Part shown: piece after piece, positions 58,782 through 64,000 of the stretch
Layout: each line of letters opens with the position of its first letter
Position numbering within the stretch: the first letter of the stretch is position 1
Origin: Candidatus Latescibacterota bacterium
GTDB taxonomy: Bacteria > Latescibacterota > UBA2968 > UBA8231
Length of the DNA stretch: 64,000 bases
NCBI GenBank assembly: GCA_965197905.1
Contig: CBDAOB010000003.1
Location: forward strand, 192,001-256,000
Direction: 5' to 3'
Made by a program: the position numbers and the translations under genes
The notes under the pieces: generated by a model
What the model was told of the DNA's origin: nothing
What the model saw: the letters and a program-made list of their open reading frames with translations, nothing else
The model's database searches: none

Positions 58782-59834
58782 TTACTCGAGCAAACCCAGC
58801 TGCGCGAGGAAAGCCACGTGGGAATCGTAGATGCGTTGGGCCATCTCGCTGCGCATGGCGAAGGTTTTGAGGACGTCGGCGGCGATGACACGAAAACGGC
58901 GGCGCTCCGCTTTCGACCAGGTGACGAATTCAACGCCCTGTTCCTTGGCAACTTGAGCCGCGGCTGCATCCGCCAGCTCCATCTGCTGAATCATGTTGCG
59001 GGCGAAGTCGCGCACCGCTGCTTCGACAATGACCTTGAGGTCATCGGGCAGCTCCTGCCAGCGATCGGCGTTGACGGCGACATCTGCCATGGGCAGCGAA
59101 TGGAAGCCGGGGTAGATCTGGTAAGGTGCGATCTTGTGGTAACCCAGGTCGACGTTCATGCCAAGGGTGCCCCAGTCAGTGGCGTCGATGACCCCCCGGT
59201 CGAGGGAAGTGTAAACCTCGCTGCCGGGAATATTGACTGGAGCGGCGCCGATCCGGTTGAAAATCTCCTGATTGAGACCTTCGGGAATGCGCATCTTGAC
59301 GCCCTTGAGATCGGCGACCGAGCGCAGCGGTTTTTTCGAGGGGATCGATTCCATGCCGTGCCACACGGCGCCGATGTAGAAGACGTTGAAGCGCCCGTAG
59401 AGCTCGCGCGCCAGCTCCTTGCCGCCGCCGAACTCGAACCACATCTGCATCTGGTAGGCGGTCTCGTAGGCCCCGGGGAATTCCGACAGCATCGCAAAAC
59501 CTGGATCTTTGCCGGCGAAATACCCCGCACCGCTCTGCTGCCCGTCGAGTATGCCCGAACCAACCGCATCCAGGGTCTCGTTGTACGCCACCATGGTGCC
59601 GACCGGCACCGGCGTTATCTCGAGTCGGCCGGCGCTCAACACTGCGACGTCAGCACAGAACTCCTCGAATACCCGGTGATTTATCGAACCGGCCTGCCAC
59701 AGAGACTGCATCGTCCATTGGTACTTCTCAGCGGCAGCGCGATCGGCGCATACGGTCACCAGGATTGCAATACATCCAATTGCGAGTCCAGCGCTCGATC
59801 TCGGGTGGCTTTTACTCGACTTGCTGTTGCTCAT
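58782..59834 (-). CDS. dctP: TRAP substrate-binding protein
   Basis: DLKGVKMRIP, EVYTSLDRGVIDA; signal peptide. Confidence 0.92.
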   Translation of the reverse strand: MSNSKSSKSHPRSSAGLAIGCIAILVTVCADRAAAEKYQWTMQSLWQAGSINHRVFEEFCADVAVLSAGRLEITPVPVGTMVAYNETLDAVGSGILDGQQSGAGYFAGKDPGFAMLSEFPGAYETAYQMQMWFEFGGGKELARELYGRFNVFYIGAVWHGMESIPSKKPLRSVADLKGVKMRIPEGLNQEIFNRIGAAPVNIPGSEVYTSLDRGVIDATDWGTLGMNVDLGYHKIAPYQIYPGFHSLPMADVAVNADRWQELPDDLKVIVEAAVRDFARNMIQQMELADAAAAQVAKEQGVEFVTWSKAERRRFRVIAADVLKTFAMRSEMAQRIYDSHVAFLAQLGLLE

Positions 59835-59988
59835 CTGTGCAACTCCGTGCGTCTACTATGTGTGGGGGGGCGACGCCCGGGGGTCAACCGCGCCGCGAAC
59901 AGAATCAAGATAACCAACGTGTGGCTGAGTCCAAGTAGGCTATTCGAACGGGCCGTGCAGAAGTGTCGCCCGAACCGGTCTCATCGGC

Positions 59989-61233
59989 TCAGGCCTGTTT
60001 CAACGATCGAGCTACAACGAGGGCGACAGAGGCCACGACAATGATGAGCGAGCCGTTGATCGCCAACGCCCATTGCACGCCGATCAAGTCGCTCACAATC
60101 CCCAGCTCCAGGTGGCCGATCCAACCGAAACCGATTGCCAGTGTCCAGCCTCCCAACGCCCTGCCGCGCATCCCATCGGGTACGTTCGCCTGCAGCAGCC
60201 CCCACTGCAATGCGTCGAAGAGGGCGGCCATCATTCCCACCATCGCGATCACCATAATTGAAAGCGCGAACAGGCTTGATACGCCCAGGACCAATACGCC
60301 GGCGCCGTAGAGCGCGGCGACGCCGATCACCATCAACCCCTTGCGACGGTATTCGCTGAGACGGGCGAGGACCAGGGCGCCCACGAACGACCCGAACCCC
60401 GCCACTGAGGTCAGAGTGCCGAGGTCGGACTCGTCGAGCCCGAGCCTCTCTCTGGCGAGCACCGGCAGCACCGAGGCGTGAGAGAAACACAGCACTTCGA
60501 CCAACAGCGTCATGATGAGTAGCGACCGCACGGTGGGCAGGCTCGCCATGATTCGCAGCCCCTCTCTGGCATCGGCCAGCACGGATGGGCGTGCAGTCTC
60601 CTCGCTGGCGTGTCTTGGCGCTACGGGCACGCGCACCAGGACCGTAGCCGCGGACCCGTGCAGGACCGCCGCCGTCGCGAAGGCAATCGTCGGCCCGTAG
60701 ATCTCCAACAGGAAACCGCCGGCGAGCGCGCCGCAGGCACTTAGCGCGCGCACACCCACCGAGCATACTGCGATCCCGTTCATGGCGTCGACGGGCCCGA
60801 CCACATCGGGGATCAACGCCTGCGACGCGGGCAGTTCGAAGCTGTTTATGGCGCCGGCTAGGGCCAACAGGGCGATGACGGGCCACGCCGACTCGATGCC
60901 GCCGACCGCGACAAAGGCCAGGATAAGCGTAGTCAAACCCTTGGCGACGGCGGCTCCGGCCAGAACGTAACGTCGGTCGAGCCGGTCCGTGATGGCGCCG
61001 CCAAACGGGGCCACCAGCAAGCCGGGCGCAGTTCCCATGGTGAAGGAGATTGCCGTCAGCAGTGCGGAACCGGTCTGGTCGAACACGAACCAACCCACCG
61101 TCAGACGGGTTATCCAGTTGGCAAACCCGTTGACGACGACGCCCGACCAGAGCTGGCGGAAAGCCCGGTTGCGGAATGTTCGCAGCGAATGCCACAGGCG
61201 CGGTTCTGCCTCAGCGATGTAGTGGTCCGTCAC
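59989..61233 (-). CDS. MFS transporter
   Basis: GAITDRLDRR, VPDGMRGR; about 12 TM segments; start estimated. Confidence 0.88.
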   Translation of the reverse strand: MTDHYIAEAEPRLWHSLRTFRNRAFRQLWSGVVVNGFANWITRLTVGWFVFDQTGSALLTAISFTMGTAPGLLVAPFGGAITDRLDRRYVLAGAAVAKGLTTLILAFVAVGGIESAWPVIALLALAGAINSFELPASQALIPDVVGPVDAMNGIAVCSVGVRALSACGALAGGFLLEIYGPTIAFATAAVLHGSAATVLVRVPVAPRHASEETARPSVLADAREGLRIMASLPTVRSLLIMTLLVEVLCFSHASVLPVLARERLGLDESDLGTLTSVAGFGSFVGALVLARLSEYRRKGLMVIGVAALYGAGVLVLGVSSLFALSIMVIAMVGMMAALFDALQWGLLQANVPDGMRGRALGGWTLAIGFGWIGHLELGIVSDLIGVQWALAINGSLIIVVASVALVVARSLKQA

Positions 61234-61302
61234 CCCGGGCTCGCTTCTACGGTTGTTGCCTGAGCGGGTGAGATACGTGTACGGTCGCTCCCATCCAGAC
61301 GA

Positions 61303-61947
61303 ATGGTTACTTTCGAAAATGTCATCTCGACTATGAGGCTTCGGGCCCGCGCTTGTGTGAGAACAGGTAAACCGACCTTGAGGGACTCGATCCAATCATC
61401 ATCCACGCTTCGACATTGGGTCCGGGTCTTCGGGCGTTGCTTCTGCATCGGCATCGCAGTTACATGTGCGGTCGCCCATGCGGAAGAGACCAAAGAATAC
61501 ACCTTTTCCCACAATCCGAGGAATCGCTCTCTCATTGCTATCGATCTTCACGCTACCTTCTCTGGCACCGGAGGCGATCTCAGGGCAGCGATTGTCGCCA
61601 ATGCACCGGGCTGCGACGATCCCATCATACCGTCTAACGGACAGACCGGAAACACCCTGGATATCGTCTGGCCGTCCGAATGTATTGACCCCGGCGAAAG
61701 CGTTGGGGTACGAATTTCCACCACCCGGGGGCCGACCCATCTGGCAGATTCCCACTGGACGTATCAGTTTGCGTCGGGCGAATCCGACAGCACGGCGATC
61801 GATCCGGAGAGGGACGTCACAGAAGCGCTAGTTGCAGATCTGGAAGAGGAGACGGAGTACTATTTTCTTTGGGTGCTGGTGGTGCTGTTGGTCATCGGTC
61901 TCGCCCTTTTCCTGCTCTGGCTCGCTCAGAAGGATTGGACACCTTAA
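61303..61947 (+). CDS. hypothetical exported protein with C-terminal membrane anchor
   Basis: Signal-like ..CAVAHA and a C-terminal hydrophobic helix; true start probably downstream. Confidence 0.55.
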   Translation: MVTFENVISTMRLRARACVRTGKPTLRDSIQSSSTLRHWVRVFGRCFCIGIAVTCAVAHAEETKEYTFSHNPRNRSLIAIDLHATFSGTGGDLRAAIVANAPGCDDPIIPSNGQTGNTLDIVWPSECIDPGESVGVRISTTRGPTHLADSHWTYQFASGESDSTAIDPERDVTEALVADLEEETEYYFLWVLVVLLVIGLALFLLWLAQKDWTP

Positions 61948-61958
61948 GGAGGTCTATC

Positions 61959-62705
61959 TTGCGTATAGCAGCCATCTACGACATCCACGGAAATCTGCCG
62001 GCGCTCGAGGCGGTGTTGGAGGAGGTGGCGCAACTGTACCCTGATTCAATTGTGGTCGGAGGCGACGCCGTGTGGGGGCCGATGCCCCGCGAAACACTGA
62101 CGAAGCTGCACGAGGTCGATCTCCCCATGCAGTTCATACGCGGCAACGCTGATCGTGTGGTTGCCGAGCTCATGTCCGGTAAAGACATCAGTGAAGAGGT
62201 GCCGGAAAAGAATCGGAAGGTCGCGGCGTGGGTGGCGCAGCAACTCGAACCCGGTGATCAGGAGTTGCTGTTCAATTGGAACCGTACGGTGAAGCTGACG
62301 GCCAACGGACTCGGTGAGGTGCTGTTTTGCCATGCCACGCCACAGGATGACACCACCATATTCACACGATTGACGGCAGAAGATCGATTGCGGCCCCTAT
62401 TCGACAAGGTCGGCGCCGGGCTCGTGGTCTGTGGTCACACCCACATGTAGACCGACCGCATGGTGGGGGAGGTGAGGGTGGTGACAGCCGGCAGTGTCGG
62501 GAGCCATCATGGCGACAGAGGTGCCTACTGGGTATTGATAGACGCGGATGTCCAGTTCAAGTGCACGCTCTACGATTTCGAGGATGCGGCCATACGGGTT
62601 CGCGCAACCACCTACCCAAAGGCCGAGGAGTTTGCCGAGGGCAGTATCCTGCGGCCGCAATCGGAGGAAGAGACCCTCAAGATTTTTGGTCCCGTTTCGC
62701 TATGA
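61959..62705 (+). pseudogene. metallophosphoesterase with in-frame TAG
   Basis: DIHGN, GD, GNAD, GHTH motifs; TAG at 62448-62450, then the same frame continues (GSVG..AYW). Confidence 0.85.
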
Positions 62706-64000
62706 GCAGTGACAACCTCGTCGACGTTCTCGTAATCGGCGCCGGTGCATCCGGGGCAGCCGCTGCCTGGCGGCTTTCAGAGGCTGGTTTCCGCGTTGTG
62801 TGTCTCGAGCAAGGTGGTTGGGTCAAGCCCGAAGAGTTTCCCCTATCCCGCTCCGACTGGGAGCTGCGGGCGCACAACGACTGGGCGTTCGATCCGAACG
62901 TCCGCCAACTGCCGCAAGATTATCCAGTCGTCGAGGAGGACTCGGAGGTCTCGCCGTTGATGTTCAACGCGGTCGGTGGCAGCACCATTCACTGGACCGC
63001 TCACACGCCGCGGTTTCATCCCTCCGACTTCAAGGTGAAGACGCTGGACGGCGTGGCCGACGACTGGCCGCTGAGCTACGCTGACCTCGAGCCGTACTAC
63101 GATCTCAACGACCGCATGATGGGCTGTTCAGGAGTGAACGGCGACCCGGCCAATCCGCCGCGCTCGGAACGCCCCATGCCGCCGCTGCCGCTAGGACCGG
63201 ATGGCGTCCGCATCGCCGAGGCATTCGAGCGGCTCGGCTGGCACTGGTGGCCCTCCGACGGCTACATCAACTCGGTAGCCTACGACGGGCGCCAGGCGTG
63301 CAACAACTGCGGCCCCAACGGCCTGGGCTGTCCGCGCGGCGCCAAAGGCAGCACCGATAACACCTACTGGCCGCGAGCTATCGAGCTGGGAGCCGAGGTA
63401 CGGCCGCATTGCCGCGTGTTCGAACTGACCAGCGGCGCCGATGGCCGGCTTACCGGCGCCGCTTACATAGACGCCGACGGAGTACATCGCCATCAGCCGG
63501 CACGGGCGGTGATGGTGGCCTCCAACGGCATCGGGACGCCGCGTCTGCTGCTGATGTCGGCATCTGACCGCCAGCCCCAGGGGTTGGCTAACTCAAGTGG
63601 GCTGGTCGGCAAGAACCTGATGTTCCACCCTTACGGCGTGGCGTGTGGTCTGTTCCCTGATGGTGAGCCCACCTACAAGGGGGCGCTGGGCAACATCATC
63701 ATCAGCCAGGAGTTCTACGAGACCGACCCCGACCGCGACTTCGTGCGTGGTTATTCGTTTCAGATGTGCCGCAGCACCGGACCGGGCTGGACGGCGGCGG
63801 GATTGGCGCTGCCGCCGGTGGTGTGGGGCGAATCCCACCACCAGGAGTTCGCTGCGCGGTTCGCCCGCTCAAGCTATCTGCTGACCATCACGGAGGACCT
63901 CCCAGAAGAACGCAACTGCGTTACCCTCGATGCTTCGGCGACCGACAGCGACGGTTTGCCGGCACCGCGGGTGACCTATTCGGCTTCGGCCAACACCCGC
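62702..64000 (+). CDS. GMC family oxidoreductase (truncated by the window edge)
   Basis: VLVIGAGASG, VGGSTIHW, DWPLSY.DLEPYY, TPRLLLMS, GLVGKNLMFH. Confidence 0.92.
   Translation, partial: MSSDNLVDVLVIGAGASGAAAAWRLSEAGFRVVCLEQGGWVKPEEFPLSRSDWELRAHNDWAFDPNVRQLPQDYPVVEEDSEVSPLMFNAVGGSTIHWTAHTPRFHPSDFKVKTLDGVADDWPLSYADLEPYYDLNDRMMGCSGVNGDPANPPRSERPMPPLPLGPDGVRIAEAFERLGWHWWPSDGYINSVAYDGRQACNNCGPNGLGCPRGAKGSTDNTYWPRAIELGAEVRPHCRVFELTSGADGRLTGAAYIDADGVHRHQPARAVMVASNGIGTPRLLLMSASDRQPQGLANSSGLVGKNLMFHPYGVACGLFPDGEPTYKGALGNIIISQEFYETDPDRDFVRGYSFQMCRSTGPGWTAAGLALPPVVWGESHHQEFAARFARSSYLLTITEDLPEERNCVTLDASATDSDGLPAPRVTYSASANTR

Noticed and set aside
62448..62450. In-frame TAG as pyrrolysine or programmed readthrough
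   Set aside because: Homologues typically have Gln after GHTHM, so a CAG->TAG change is simpler; no pyl genes are in view and TAG is used as a normal stop elsewhere.

Overview
Bacterial chromosomal window, GC-rich backbone with a visibly more AT-rich first ~12 kb. The gene-family mix resembles Ca. Latescibacterota-type heterotrophs (inference only). 1-13.2 kb is an integron: an intact 420-aa IntI with an N-terminal extension, a candidate attI at ~11.65 kb, and a minus-strand cassette array running off the left edge. The array has about 13 attC-like hairpins, many with mutated cores and several stacked with no gene between them. Its cargo is mostly catabolic enzymes: PhyH dioxygenases, a PAL-like NHL lyase, an amidase beside a stand-alone allophanate-hydrolase C-domain, an oxidoreductase, an AKR, a GNAT and an M14-like hydrolase. 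Just downstream, a serine hydrolase is split by a 1,920-bp IS1595-family element (23-bp IRs, 8-bp TSD, decayed transposase, passenger ORFs). The rest is mainly catabolic, transport and envelope genes: Omp85 barrel, tandem heptad-repeat membrane microproteins, TPP E1 alpha/beta, AGXT-like aminotransferase plus FAD/Fe-S oxidase, a CoA-transferase/crotonase/DUF3830/amidohydrolase/isomerase operon, a 1,000-aa unknown envelope protein, TonB receptor, two GT-C/TPR proteins, yajQ, recQ, TRAP, MFS and GMC. Several genes carry single frameshifts or a nonsense codon (real decay or assembly error). No rRNA, tRNA or CRISPR was seen. All calls were made by eye; no database searches were run.
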